Of a stretch of 64,000 bases of DNA, positions 13,154-24,494 are shown piece after piece. Position 1 is the first letter of the stretch. The number at the start of each line of letters is the position of its first letter. This DNA is from Pseudovirgaria hyperparasitica (lineage: Eukaryota), in NCBI GenBank assembly GCA_010093815.1, contig ML996568.1. One strand, written 5' to 3'. The notes under the pieces were generated by a model, which saw only the letters and a list, made by a program, of their open reading frames with translations, was not told where the DNA came from and ran no database searches. The position numbers were made by a program, and so were the translations under genes.

Positions 13154-15170
13154 ATGCTTCCTCTCTATCTTTTCTCGGCATTTGCTGCTCTCGTGGCCGC
13201 AGTTCCGGCTTCTTCTGAGCGTCGGCAGGACGCTGGTCCTTGCAGTGGAAATACTGCAGACGACCGATCAGTCTGGTGCGACTACGACATAAGTACGGAC
13301 TACTATGATACTGTGCCAGACACCGGAGTAACTCGCGAGGTACGCTAGATTTTACCACCCTTGTGATCACTTCGTTTGTTTAGACCGTCTGATATGACTA
13401 GTACTGGCTCGAAATCACCAACACAACCCTCGGCCCAGATGGTGTCGAGCGTGTCGTTCTGAGTGTGAACAACACAAGCCCTGGGCCGCTTATCTGGGCC
13501 GACTGGGGTGACACTGTTGTCGTTCATGTCTCCAACAGCCTCTCGATCAACGGATCAAGCATACACTGGCATGGTATCAGACAGAACTATACCGTTCAGA
13601 ATGACGGTGTACCTTCTATCACTCAATGCCCCACGGTTGTAAGTTTTGTCTGGCCTGTTTCCTGGTATGCTGGCTGATCATTAAAAGCCTGGTGAAACAT
13701 ACACCTATACATGGCGAGCAACCGCGTACGGATCATCATGGTATCATAGCCACTACGCCCTCCAGGCTTGGGAAGGTGTTTTTGGTAAGACACCTTGCGT
13801 GGGAATATTGTAGAATTCTGCTGACCATCTAGGTCCCGTTCTCATCAACGGTCCTGCTACTGCAAACTACGATGTCGACGCCGGCTCGATTACCCTCAGC
13901 GACTGGAGCCACCAGACGGCGGATGCTCTGTACTCTTATGCTCAGACTGTTGGACCGCCAACTTTGAGTACAGGACTTATCAATGGTACAAATTCGTACA
14001 ATAACAGCGGGACTACGGTTGGCTCTCGCTTTGAGATGAACTTTGAGGCTGGGACCAGCTACAAACTTCGCCTGGTCAATGTTGCCATCGACACCTACTT
14101 CAAATTTAGCATTGACAACCACACGCTGACTGTCATTGCCGCTGATTTCGTCCCTATCGTACCATATACTACTGATGTCTTGAGCATAGCCATGGGTAAG
14201 ACAGACAAAACGCCACCACAGAGTACTGTTCTAATGCAGCGTAGGACAAAGATATGAAGTGATCGTCACAGCCGATCAGGGCGCAGAAGGAGACTACTGG
14301 ATGCGTGCAACCATGATGACTGCGTGCTCGGAGAACGACAACCCTGATGACACCAAGGGCATAATCCGCTACGACTCCTCCAGCACAGCCGACCCTACGA
14401 CTACCGGCTACGACTACGTCGACGAGTGCGTTGACGAAGCCATCTCCAACTTAGTTCCCTATGTGTCTCGTAGCGTCGACACAGGTGATAGCTCCACTCT
14501 CCCCGTCACAGTCGCCAAGAACACCGACGGCTGGTTCAAGTGGTCGCTCGGGACGACTTCCATGGTCGTCGAATGGGGCGACCCAACACTCCTCCAGATC
14601 CAGACCGACTCAGCAGCGACGTTTGAGGCCAACGATGCCGTCCAATCTCTCGACACTGCAAACTCCTGGGTGTACTATGTCATCTCAACCACCCTTCCCG
14701 GTACTGCCTCCCCCCCAGCCCCTGTACCTTGACTCTCTCAGTGCTGACTTTGCCACCCACAGTCCCCCATCCCATCCATCTCCACGGCCACGACTTCTAC
14801 GTTCTCGCCCAAGCTGCCTCCGCGACGTACAGCTCCTCCGTCGCGCTGAACCTCAGCAACCCGCCGCGTCGCGACACCGTCAATTTGCCTGCGTCAGGCT
14901 ATGTAGTCATAGCCTTCTACACCGACAACCCGGGCGCTTGGTATGTGCCCTTTAAAATCATGCCAAACATTCAAAGTACTAACTCCCGTCGTCAGGCTCA
15001 TGCATTGCCACATCGGCTGGCACACGGAAGAAGGACTCGCGGTACAGTTTGTGGAGAGGCAGTCTGAGATTCCCGGTCTGCTTGACAATACGACGTTGAC
15101 GGAGACGTGTGATGCTTGGAATGCATTTCAGACGTCAATTGGGCTTGTGGAGGAGGATTCGGGGATTTGA
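13154..15170 (+). CDS. Secreted ascomycete laccase / multicopper oxidase (AA1), 7 exons
   Basis: Signal peptide; copper motifs HWHG, WYHSH, HPIHLHGH, HCHIGWH; C-terminal DSGI. Introns 13340-13401, 13639-13687, 13785-13832, 14196-14244, 14701-14762 and 14941-14995 are all GT-AG and frame-consistent. Confidence 0.96.
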
Positions 15171-15673
15171 ATATGGCTTGACGACGGATATATACATATA
15201 TATAGATGGATGGATGGACGAATGGACGGATATGTGTTTTCGTATATATAATAGATAGAGCAGCGCAACATGTATCGTTGTTTGGCGAGGGGGAACGTCG
15301 GGATATCGATATCCGATTCTTCTGGAGAGGGTTAGACAGCCTGCGCGAGATTATGAAATTCGGTATATGTCGCCTTCATGAGCTAGGTGGTGTTGGAATG
15401 ATTTAAGACATGTTTTTGTCTAACAGTGTGCTATGATACTAGTCGATGTGATTTGTACCTTCTCAAATAGTATGAGGTGACTTGCAAGGTAATTACCTGT
15501 TTTGGTATAAGCCTCGTACTGGGATGAACGCCTGTCGAGACAAAATATTCATCCTGAATCTTGGCACTACCATGGCCCAAGCTCGACCGAGGGAGACAAA
15601 CGTACTGCAGTGTCCTCAAACACACGAAAGCTCTCTCTACCTTCTTTCTGCAACGTCTCCACCCATCCCAAGC

Positions 15674-18484
15674 ATGTCCACCCACCCGAACAAGAGACCG
15701 TCGCACCTCCGCGACAAGAAAAATGACGACTTCGAGGACCGCTGGGGCGACGAAGAAGAAGTCGAGCCAGAAGAGCAAGCCGACTTTGAAGAATCCCCTG
15801 CCAAGCGCGTGAAGCTCTCTCCTGCACCACCCCAAATCACCGATGCCGAGCGCGACCAAGCCGAACGCGCCGAGTTCGAGCAGCGGCTGAAGAACAAGGA
15901 GAAGAAGCGCAGCGACCCTGTGCCTACGAAGCGCGCTCCAGAACAGCAGAATGCGTCGATTGAGGACCTGCGCCTGCGCTCGCGCCAGACATACTTGCAG
16001 AAGCGCGAGGCGGAGCAGCTGACGTTGCTGCGGCAGCAGGTCGCACAAGAGTATGCGGAGGAGAAGGCGAATCCGGACCTGAGCGCGGCGGAGATCAGGG
16101 AGTTTGCGCGGAACAGGGAGACGTTGAGGCTGGCGGAGGAGCGGTTGCGGATTGATGATCATCTGGAGGGGTATGCGCTGCCGGAGGATTATATTACGGA
16201 GAAGGGCAAGATTGATCGGAAGAGGAAGGAGGAGGCGCTGTATAAGCGGTATGTTGATCGGGATGAGCATGGGCGGGAGAGGTTTGTGACGGAGCATGAG
16301 GAGTGGGAGAGGGAGCAGACGCAGAGGGCCAAGGCGGCGGGGTATGGGAAGGCGCCGACGGCGGTGGACGATGATTATGAGTATGTGTTTGAGCCGGCGA
16401 CGCAGGGGATTCAGTTTGTGGCGGACACGGTGCTGGCGGGTGATCGGAAGATGACCAAGGAACAGCAGGTGTTTGAGAAGCAGGTTTCTGCGGCGGAAGC
16501 AAAGGCGGTATCGATCGATCAGGTGAGGAAGAGTCTGCCCATGTACACGTTTCGAGACCAGATTCTGGACGCCGTGGAGAAGTTCCAGGTGCTGATTATT
16601 GTTGGAGAGACTGGAAGTGGGAAGACTACACAACTGCCACAGTTTCTACATGAGGCTGGGTATACGAAAGGAGGGCTCAAGGTCGGTTGCACGCAGCCAC
16701 GTCGTGTCGCTGCTATGAGTGTTGCCACTCGTGTTGCGGAAGAGATGGGCGTCAAGATTGGCAATGAGGTGGGCTATGCTATTCGGTTCGAGGACAACAC
16801 GAGCGACAAGACGGTGTTGAAGTACATGACGGACGGTATGCTGTTGAGAGAACTCCTCTCCGATCCTCAGCTGAGCAGCTATTCCGCACTGATGATCGAT
16901 GAAGCCCACGAGAGAACTTTGCATACTGATATCCTCTTCGGCATCGTCAAGGATATTGCTCGCTTCCGGCCTGATCTCAAACTACTCATCTCCTCGGCGA
17001 CCATGGATGCACAGAAGTTCAGCAAGTACTTTGATGATGCCCCCATTTTCAATATACCTGGTCGGCGATACCCTGTGGATATCCACTACACACCGCAGCC
17101 CGAAGCGAATTACTTGAACGCAGCTGTTATAACTGTGTTTCAGATTCACCTTTCTCAGCCTCGAGGCGACGTCCTCGTCTTCTTGACGGGTCAAGACGAG
17201 ATTGAGGCCGCGGCGGAGCATCTACAAGAAACATCACGCAAGCTCGGCTCGAAAGCCCCGGAGCTCATTATCTGTCCTATATACGCCAACCTTCCCACTG
17301 ATTTACAAGCAAAGATTTTCGAGCCGACTCCACCGGGTGCTCGCAAAGTTGTGCTTGCCACTAACATCGCAGAGACCTCGCTCACGATTGACGGCATCGT
17401 ATATGTGATTGACCCTGGTTATGTCAAAGAGAACGTGTATAATCCGCGTACGGGTATGGAGTCCTTGGTTGTGACACCATGCTCTCGGGCATCTGCAAAT
17501 CAACGTGCCGGTCGTGCAGGTCGTGTAGGACCCGGCAAGTGCTTCCGCTTGTACACCAAGTGGGCATTCCACAACGAGCTGCAACAGAATACTGTCCCAG
17601 AGATTCAGAGGACCAACCTGAACAGTGTCGTCTTGCTGCTGAAGTCGTCGGGAATCGATGACATTGTCAACTTCGACTTCATGGACGCACCTCCCGCCGA
17701 CACTCTTATCCGATCCTTGGAGGAGTTGTACGCGTTGGGTGCCATGAATGACAGAGGGCAGCTGACCAAGATGGGCCGTCAGATGGCCGAGTTTCCTACA
17801 GATCCTATGCTTGCAAAGGCCGTTCTCGCAGCAGACAAGATAGGTTGTGTGGAAGAGGTGCTTTCGGTGATTGCCATGCTAGGCGAAGCGTCAGCTCTCT
17901 TCTTCCGTCCCAAGGATAAAAAGATCCACGCCGACTCTGCTCGTGCGCGGTTCAATGTGAAGGAGGGAGGTGACCACATGACACTGCTCAACATCTGGAA
18001 TCAGTGGGTGGACTCCGACTTCAGCTACGTCTGGGCGCGCGAGAACTTCCTTCAGCAGAGAAGCTTGAGCCGTGCGCGTGACGTCCGCGACCAGCTTGTC
18101 AAGCTCTGTGATCGAGTTGAAGTCACGCTGTCCTCCGTTGGTGCTGGCGAGCTCATACCCATCCAGAAGGCTCTCACTGCCGGCTTCTTCCCCAATGCCG
18201 CGCGGCTGCAGCGCGGCGGCGACAGCTACAGGACGGTGAAGAACGGGCTGACGGTCTATCTGCATCCCAGCTCCGTGCTGATGGAGGCACGGCCCAAGTG
18301 GGTGATCTTCTACGAGCTGGTGCTCACGAGTAAGGAGTACATGCGCAGTAACATGCCCATACAGCCGGAGTGGTTGGTCGAGGTGGCACCGCATTTCCAT
18401 AAAAGAGCTGATCTGGATAAGCTGGGGGTGGATAAGAAGGAACCCAAGGGTCAGGGCCTGGCGAGCTCTTCGAGCAGACTATGA
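15674..18484 (+). CDS. PRP2: Pre-mRNA splicing DEAH-box RNA helicase Prp2/Cdc28/DHX16-like (intronless)
   Basis: Motifs [41 protein letters not shown]-terminal [11 protein letters not shown] and [13 protein letters not shown] segments are typical of DHX16/Cdc28. Start chosen at MSTHPNKR; an upstream in-frame ATG also exists. Confidence 0.9.
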   Translation: MSTHPNKRPSHLRDKKNDDFEDRWGDEEEVEPEEQADFEESPAKRVKLSPAPPQITDAERDQAERAEFEQRLKNKEKKRSDPVPTKRAPEQQNASIEDLRLRSRQTYLQKREAEQLTLLRQQVAQEYAEEKANPDLSAAEIREFARNRETLRLAEERLRIDDHLEGYALPEDYITEKGKIDRKRKEEALYKRYVDRDEHGRERFVTEHEEWEREQTQRAKAAGYGKAPTAVDDDYEYVFEPATQGIQFVADTVLAGDRKMTKEQQVFEKQVSAAEAKAVSIDQVRKSLPMYTFRDQILDAVEKFQVLIIVGETGSGKTTQLPQFLHEAGYTKGGLKVGCTQPRRVAAMSVATRVAEEMGVKIGNEVGYAIRFEDNTSDKTVLKYMTDGMLLRELLSDPQLSSYSALMIDEAHERTLHTDILFGIVKDIARFRPDLKLLISSATMDAQKFSKYFDDAPIFNIPGRRYPVDIHYTPQPEANYLNAAVITVFQIHLSQPRGDVLVFLTGQDEIEAAAEHLQETSRKLGSKAPELIICPIYANLPTDLQAKIFEPTPPGARKVVLATNIAETSLTIDGIVYVIDPGYVKENVYNPRTGMESLVVTPCSRASANQRAGRAGRVGPGKCFRLYTKWAFHNELQQNTVPEIQRTNLNSVVLLLKSSGIDDIVNFDFMDAPPADTLIRSLEELYALGAMNDRGQLTKMGRQMAEFPTDPMLAKAVLAADKIGCVEEVLSVIAMLGEASALFFRPKDKKIHADSARARFNVKEGGDHMTLLNIWNQWVDSDFSYVWARENFLQQRSLSRARDVRDQLVKLCDRVEVTLSSVGAGELIPIQKALTAGFFPNAARLQRGGDSYRTVKNGLTVYLHPSSVLMEARPKWVIFYELVLTSKEYMRSNMPIQPEWLVEVAPHFHKRADLDKLGVDKKEPKGQGLASSSSRL

Positions 18485-18858
18485 GAATTTGTCTATTGTT
18501 GTAGTAGGGTAATCTTTCTTCATGTTTATCATACACTTGGCTGTTGCTTGCTTCTTCGTTCTCTCCGTCTATACAGTGTGCTTGCGGCGCTGTCTATCTC
18601 GTCTATTTCCTCACAGGTTCCCTGGTCCCCTTATATTTCACGCAAGAAGGCTATTCGGTGATACTGCAATTTCGTAATGTCACTTTCCAAAGTGAACAAT
18701 GAAAAGGGGGGCCCGTGTGGTTCACGTGTTGCCTGGTGCACGAAAGTGGAAGGTTCTCGCCGTCATTTCTGCCTCAGTCGGGCCACCGTAGTGTTTGTTT
18801 ACTTTCCCACCTTCCCGTCGCGCTTGACTCGCTTGACTCTCTTTCTCTCTCACACATT

Positions 18859-18880
18859 CACACACACACACACACACACA
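18859..18880. repeat. (CA)11 microsatellite
   Basis: Read directly from the sequence, upstream of the 18963 ORF. Confidence 0.95.
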
Positions 18881-18962
18881 AACCTCACCTCACCTTAAAA
18901 TTCACAATCATTGACCACCTTCACTCCAAAGCCGGCGAGAACATCGCCATTGCAGTCCTACG

Positions 18963-21434
18963 ATGTCGTCTAGCTCTATCGATGTCGACCAGTTGCTGTT
19001 CCCTTTTGCTGTGTGGGTTAGGTTGTCGGAGCCAAACAGGGCAAAGGTGATTGAATACGTCTGCGAGCTTTATGACGCGCAGCCTGAGTCTAGGGTAAGA
19101 TACTCGATCCTGTCTCATACGTTGGATGAGCTCGAGCTAATGTTGAATGACAATCAGGATTCTACACCACCTCCTGGCAGTGAGCCATGTTCACCGACCG
19201 TAGCTCGTGAAGTACTTGCAAGTGCGTCGAGACTACCTGAAGAATCCGGTGAAGCTGATGCCGTGCTGAATGATTCACCTTCTGCAGCTCGCAAGGATGA
19301 GTTGACTGAAGAGGAGTTTGATAGGGCTATGGAGATCACTCGCGGTATGTTTCAAAAGCTCACTATATCGACTTTTTGGGTGTCCGAACTGGGAAAATTC
19401 TTCAACAGCGAGGTTCCTGGCGGAGATGCCAGCGCTATCGGACCTGCCACTACCGGATTGGATGGTGCAGCAGCGCAGTTGGCTGAATCAAGTGAAGTAG
19501 ACCCGCAAGTGACTCCAAAGGAGTCGGCTCCTACTACGAAGACTTCCGATTCACCGGCATTTGCGTCAAAGGATCCGGGCCCGGTCGAGGTCAAACCTGC
19601 CGTTGCTTCGCCGTTGTTGCCACAGGGTGGAGAATCTGCTGCTGAGATTCCGGTTACTTCTAGGGTTGCTTGTAGGACACTGCCCCTTTGCGTGAGAAAA
19701 AGGCTAATCTACACGTAGCATTTGGTATTGCCACTTCTAGCAAGTTGCCAATGACCGATCCGCCAAAGAAAGAGAATTTGTTCGCGTCGGTAAGCCAGTT
19801 CATGCGAGAATACGATCAAAAACACCCGCCAACGGATTCTGTGCTGCCGCTTTTCGCTCACCTCATCAAGGCAGGTACTCCGACTCCGACTTTCAACTTG
19901 TCGTCGCCATATGGTTCTGCAGCTGTTGTTGATACTCGAAAAGCTTCTTCTTTCGCATCCATGTTTACACAGCTGGGTGCTCCAGCAGCTGTTGATCCTC
20001 CAAAGGCTTCTCCTGCCCAATCCATCTCTAAGCCAATGAGCTCTGCTGCAGCTGTTGATCCTCCAAAGGCTTCTCCTGCCCAATCCATCTTGAAGCCAAT
20101 GGACCCTCCAGCAGCTATTGATCCTCCAAAGGCTTCCCCAGCAGCTGTTGATCCTTCAAAGGCCTCTCCTGCCAAACCCATCTCTGGGCCAATGAGCTCT
20201 GCTGCAGCTGTTGATCCTCCAAAGGCTTCTGGCTCTGCGGCAGCTCCTAGATCAATCCGGGGTGGCGTTCCTAAGTTTTTTACAAACTCCGCCAGGCCCA
20301 TGTTCATGTCTGAGAGACCGAGAGCAATGCAAGCACCAGCGCAAAATTCCAGCGCGCACAATGCTCCGCCATCGGCGTTGAAGCCATTCCAGATCAGCGC
20401 ACCCAAGAAGGTTCCTCAGGCCTCGTCCACCGGCCCGAAGTTATCGTTCAATCAGGATCCTCCAAATTCAATGCAAGCGCGTGCCCAAGGTCCTCCCATC
20501 AGCGACTTCTCTTCCGCGAGCAGAGTCGCCCAGAGGAGCATTCCGTTTGCATCTGGCCATTCTCGCAATCAGGCAGCGTCCTTTGATCGTTCCTCAGCTC
20601 CTAGGCACAATCCTTACGTAGCAAAGCCTGTGAGCAATGTCTTTGAAGTTGACGGACCTACTACCTCGCCCGTGGAGACCAAGCCTCTCAGGGTCAAGCG
20701 AGCTGCTGTCAAGATGGCCGGCCCTGCCACACCCATAGTGGCTGCTACTACTCCGAAAACGGCATCTCCAAGTGGTGACGCGGTCAGCGCTGCCCAGACT
20801 CCCGTACCACGTAGCTCGCACCCAGTCGTAGATTCCCAGAAGAATCTGGTGTCAGAGCAGCTTCCTCGTGATCTTGGTGTCCAGCAGAATCTTGCATCTC
20901 CAGGTCCAGTTTCTACCATGCCCACGCTGACCACCAAGACAGTTGATGCCGTTCGTAAGCCTACAATGACGCCTTCTGTAAATCTCGAGGGAAGCACTGT
21001 TCATGTGCAACCTATCGGCTCGGGTAAGTCCATCTCTCCCTCCAAGAAAGAGAAAGAGACATCGACTGCCACTCCAGCAGTCAAGCAGTACGCCTTTGGT
21101 GCATCTGGAAGTATCAAATCCGGTATGCAGCATAGTCGTTATGCCCGTTGATGCGGCAAGTCTCACGAACCTCGGACAACACATGACCATCATACTAACC
21201 TTCCATACAGCTTCAACACCTCCGCTCTTGTTTGGATCTCCACTCTCATATGCACCCTTGGAAGGAGTCGCTCATGGAAGCGACGATGATTTGATTGATT
21301 TCGACATTTCTTCGGCTGATCGAAGAGGATTTATCGCAATGACTTGCAAAATGAAGAAAGGTTGCACTTGCAAAGATTGTATAGGAGGGACGTGGTCAGG
21401 AAAGCAGATTGCAACCATTTCACTACTTGATTAA
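18963..21434 (+). CDS. Hypothetical Pro/Ser/Ala-rich disordered protein with internal tandem repeats; ends at 21151 or 21434 depending on splicing
   Basis: Intron 19672-19718 (GTAGGA..GCTAAT..TAG) joins ORFs 18963-19718 and 19688-21151. A second intron ends at 21210 with a perfect TACTAAC at 21193. Confidence 0.7.
19985..20230 (+). repeat. Coding minisatellite, 63-bp unit (AAVDPPKASPAQSISKPMSSA), 5 core copies
   Basis: GCAGCT(G/A)TTGATCCT core at 19985, 20048, 20111, 20141 and 20204 (spacing 63, 63, 30, 63); a degenerate copy lies near 19919. Confidence 0.95.
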
Positions 21435-22205
21435 TTTGGCGCATTGAAGGCCACTAATAATTTGCTCACAACGTGAGTTCATGGACCTGACTGGTGTGGT
21501 CACAAAAAGAAAATGGAGTAGAGAAAAGCAACAAAGAAAACCGCAAGCAGTGACGAACGTCGCGTAAGCGACTAGTAGCACAGCGGTGAGCATCCCATAG
21601 GTATGAAGCAATGCGTGTTACATTGTAGCCAACGTGACTTGAACCGGTTTTTTGCTTCTTGATACGTGAAGTTTGGCGTTGCGTTCTCCCATTTTTCAGA
21701 ATTTGACTTGGTGAAGGACTTCTCAATCCGGTCTGACTTGACACATCTCCATGGTAAGTTGACCGGCTCAAGTCAGCAATCAACTCAAATTTCTCACGAC
21801 TGTCAGGGTCAGATTTAAGTTCCAACTTCACTGAATCTCCTCACTGGTAAGGTCATGTGAGCTTTATCTGAGTGGTCAAATGTGAAGTAAGGTGGGAATG
21901 CCTCCCAGCCGAGTCAATAGTAGAAATTGAATACAATTTCTCCACCCACTTACCCGGCAACGACTTCAAGAAAGGATCGACGTCAAGTATAGATCATCTC
22001 ATGCTATCGCTGCCACCCGGCACTTTTCAGAGATTACCTACTTGGCCTACTATCTCTACGGCCTATTTATACCGCTTTCACTGTTACTTGACTTTTCACC
22101 TGCGTCCCTTTCCGTCTTCTCTTCTCTTCTTCTATTTCTTTCTTTTCTTTTCTCTCTCTCAATACAACAAGAACATCTCCTTCAATCTCTTCTCCAACCT
22201 CCAAA

Positions 22206-22206
<1 letters not shown>

Positions 22207-22265
<59 letters not shown>
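22207..22265. repeat. (GACA)~14 microsatellite immediately upstream of the ATG at 22286
   Basis: Read directly from the sequence. Confidence 0.97.
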
Positions 22266-22285
22266 CAGTCAGTCAGTCAGCAAGA

Positions 22286-24007
22286 ATGTCCTACAACTAC
22301 CACCACCCACCGAAACGCATCCACTATCCCGACGGCACCACCACCTCCAACAACAACAACGACCCAATGACAGACCAAGTCCTCTCCACAATCCTAACCT
22401 GCCTCACCCCGCCACAACTCCACGACCTGATCAGAGTCATCAGCGCCCGTCTGCGCGACCGCAGTATTCCTGCTTCTGTGGGTGCCCAGGCGGCGAGGCG
22501 CATTAGTGAGGTAATTCAGAGGAATCTTCGGGAGTGTGCTTTTGAGGGTGATGGGGTTGAGGGTCGGGATGGGGATGGGGTTGTGGGTGGAGATGGCGGT
22601 CTGGGCAGGGGTGAGGTGGATGTGGATGTGGATGTGGATATGGAGGTGGAGCTGAAGTCGGCTGCTGCGCAAGATGAGAGGAAGAAGACGAAGGCGATTG
22701 ATATGGGGAATTTGATCAGTTTCGATGATGTGCGTATTCATCCTTCCTTCTCCCTCTCCTTCCCCTTCTCTGCATGCACATACACAGCACATACACACAG
22801 CTCACTCAAACAGCTCCCCAAACACATCCCGAATGTACCAGTCCGAACCTCTCCTCCTTCCGTCCCTCTGACACCAAAGAAATCGAACATCGACCAGCAA
22901 ACCGTACACCACAGTCCTGATACCAATACCAACAATACCACACACACCACAGAACGCATGGATTCCACCCCCGATACCATCCCAGCCACTAATCTATCCC
23001 ACATGCGAAGTTCCGAGGGGAATAGATACCATCGTGCAAATGGTGCAGGAGTACTCGATTACGACGACGTGCAGTATAATGACAACAACGACAGCACCAA
23101 CGACCCGAACGACAAGAGAAGCTATACCCGATCCCATCCTGCGAATCACACCTACAACCCTCGCACCCCTGGCCACATCGACCACCAAGTCCATGACAGG
23201 AAGCATGTCGCCGTGCCGTCGTTCACGGCTGATTTCATGGCTCAGTTTGCGCGGCTGCATGAGCAGGAGCATGAGCAGCAGCAGGAGCAGCTCGAACAAC
23301 AACAACAACAGCAGAGAACTAGGACGATTACCGCCCAACTGCCGAAGAACGCGCATAAGCATACAGTTTCTCCATCTGCTGTCTCGCATCACAACTACAA
23401 TCATGCTGGTGCCGAAGCAGCACACGTCGCGGTACCTAGCTTCAATATCGATCTCATGGCGCAGTTCAAGGAGCAGCATGCTGCGGCTGTGCGTGTGGAT
23501 GGTGGTATGGGTGGAGGGCGTGTAGAGGAGCATGGACATGTAAATGGACATGGACATGTAAATGGACATGGACATGCAAATGGACATGCAAATGAAAATG
23601 GACACGCAAATAGACACGCAAACAACACCCCACCCAACCCCCTCCTCTCCCGCTCATCAGCCAAAACTTCAACCCCAATCTCAGACATCAACATCACATA
23701 CCCCTCCCAGCCAGCCCCTCGTACAAATACACCAAACACCACACCCAACACCACATACAAGCCCCCCACCACAACTCTCCCCGCCAAACGAGGCGGCATG
23801 ATGACCACGACGACAACGGGCGGAATGCCGAGTGTGAAGCGTGTTAAGACGGAGGGTGGAGAGCAGGGTGGGAGATTGGGGGGAGCAGGTGGTGGTAGTA
23901 GTGCTGGAGCAGATGACGACGTGCGCGGTGGGATCCAAGACTTACAGATGCACATGGCGGCCATGATGGAGCAGTTGGCGCGGTTGAGTGCGGTGGGGGG
24001 TGCGTGA
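22286..24007 (+). CDS. Hypothetical low-complexity protein (N/H/Q/T/G-rich) with short helical termini
   Basis: Long ORF from MSYNYHHPP. Probable in-frame 84-nt intron 22730-22813 (GTGCGT..CTCAC..CAG). Contains poly-Q, HGHVNG repeats and a duplicated HVAVPSFxxDxMAQF motif. Confidence 0.65.
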   Translation: MSYNYHHPPKRIHYPDGTTTSNNNNDPMTDQVLSTILTCLTPPQLHDLIRVISARLRDRSIPASVGAQAARRISEVIQRNLRECAFEGDGVEGRDGDGVVGGDGGLGRGEVDVDVDVDMEVELKSAAAQDERKKTKAIDMGNLISFDDVRIHPSFSLSFPFSACTYTAHTHSSLKQLPKHIPNVPVRTSPPSVPLTPKKSNIDQQTVHHSPDTNTNNTTHTTERMDSTPDTIPATNLSHMRSSEGNRYHRANGAGVLDYDDVQYNDNNDSTNDPNDKRSYTRSHPANHTYNPRTPGHIDHQVHDRKHVAVPSFTADFMAQFARLHEQEHEQQQEQLEQQQQQQRTRTITAQLPKNAHKHTVSPSAVSHHNYNHAGAEAAHVAVPSFNIDLMAQFKEQHAAAVRVDGGMGGGRVEEHGHVNGHGHVNGHGHANGHANENGHANRHANNTPPNPLLSRSSAKTSTPISDINITYPSQPAPRTNTPNTTPNTTYKPPTTTLPAKRGGMMTTTTTGGMPSVKRVKTEGGEQGGRLGGAGGGSSAGADDDVRGGIQDLQMHMAAMMEQLARLSAVGGA

Positions 24008-24494
24008 GATTGTGGTTTGGTGGTGGTGTGTGGGATGGCTTGGTGGTGGTGCGTGGATTGGGGAATCGACGTGGGCTCGTATGGATCAACCAAAGGATGA
24101 AGGAAGAGGAATGCGTTCATTTATTCATTTGTCTGGCGGACTTATGGGTGCTTGGAGATTTGACACTCGCGACAAAGGGTCGTGATTTATGCGAGGGATT
24201 CGATTTGCTTTTTTTTTTTTTTTGGGACGATGGTGCATTTTCAGGGGGGTTCTGCTCTGACTGCGCAGGGAGGGTACGACGATATATTCGGCGTGTGGTT
24301 ATTTATACAGGCGCAGGGTGCATATTTCCAAGTTCGATGGTTCTATCAATCAGGCAAGCAATAACAGCGATCTTGTCTCCATGATAAAAATGCCATGCGC
24401 TTCATAAACATTCGTGTCCCTTTCCTAAACCCCCAAAACCCGCATTTACAAGCCACGCTTCCAACGTACGAAACCCAACACACGAACCTCACGT

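Noticed and set aside
15431..16633. 400-aa minus-strand ORF
   Set aside because: Antisense shadow of the E/K/R-rich PRP2 N-terminus; its Leu/Arg/Pro-biased composition follows from the sense strand.
19985..20230. Regularly spaced repeats resembling a CRISPR array
   Set aside because: Eukaryotic coding sequence; the intervening segments are themselves repeated and in frame; no cas genes.
21872..22285. N-terminal extension of the 711-aa ORF (QTDR repeats, poly-F)
   Set aside because: Starts at GTG and reads through a pyrimidine tract and the GACA microsatellite; the ATG at 22286 is more plausible.
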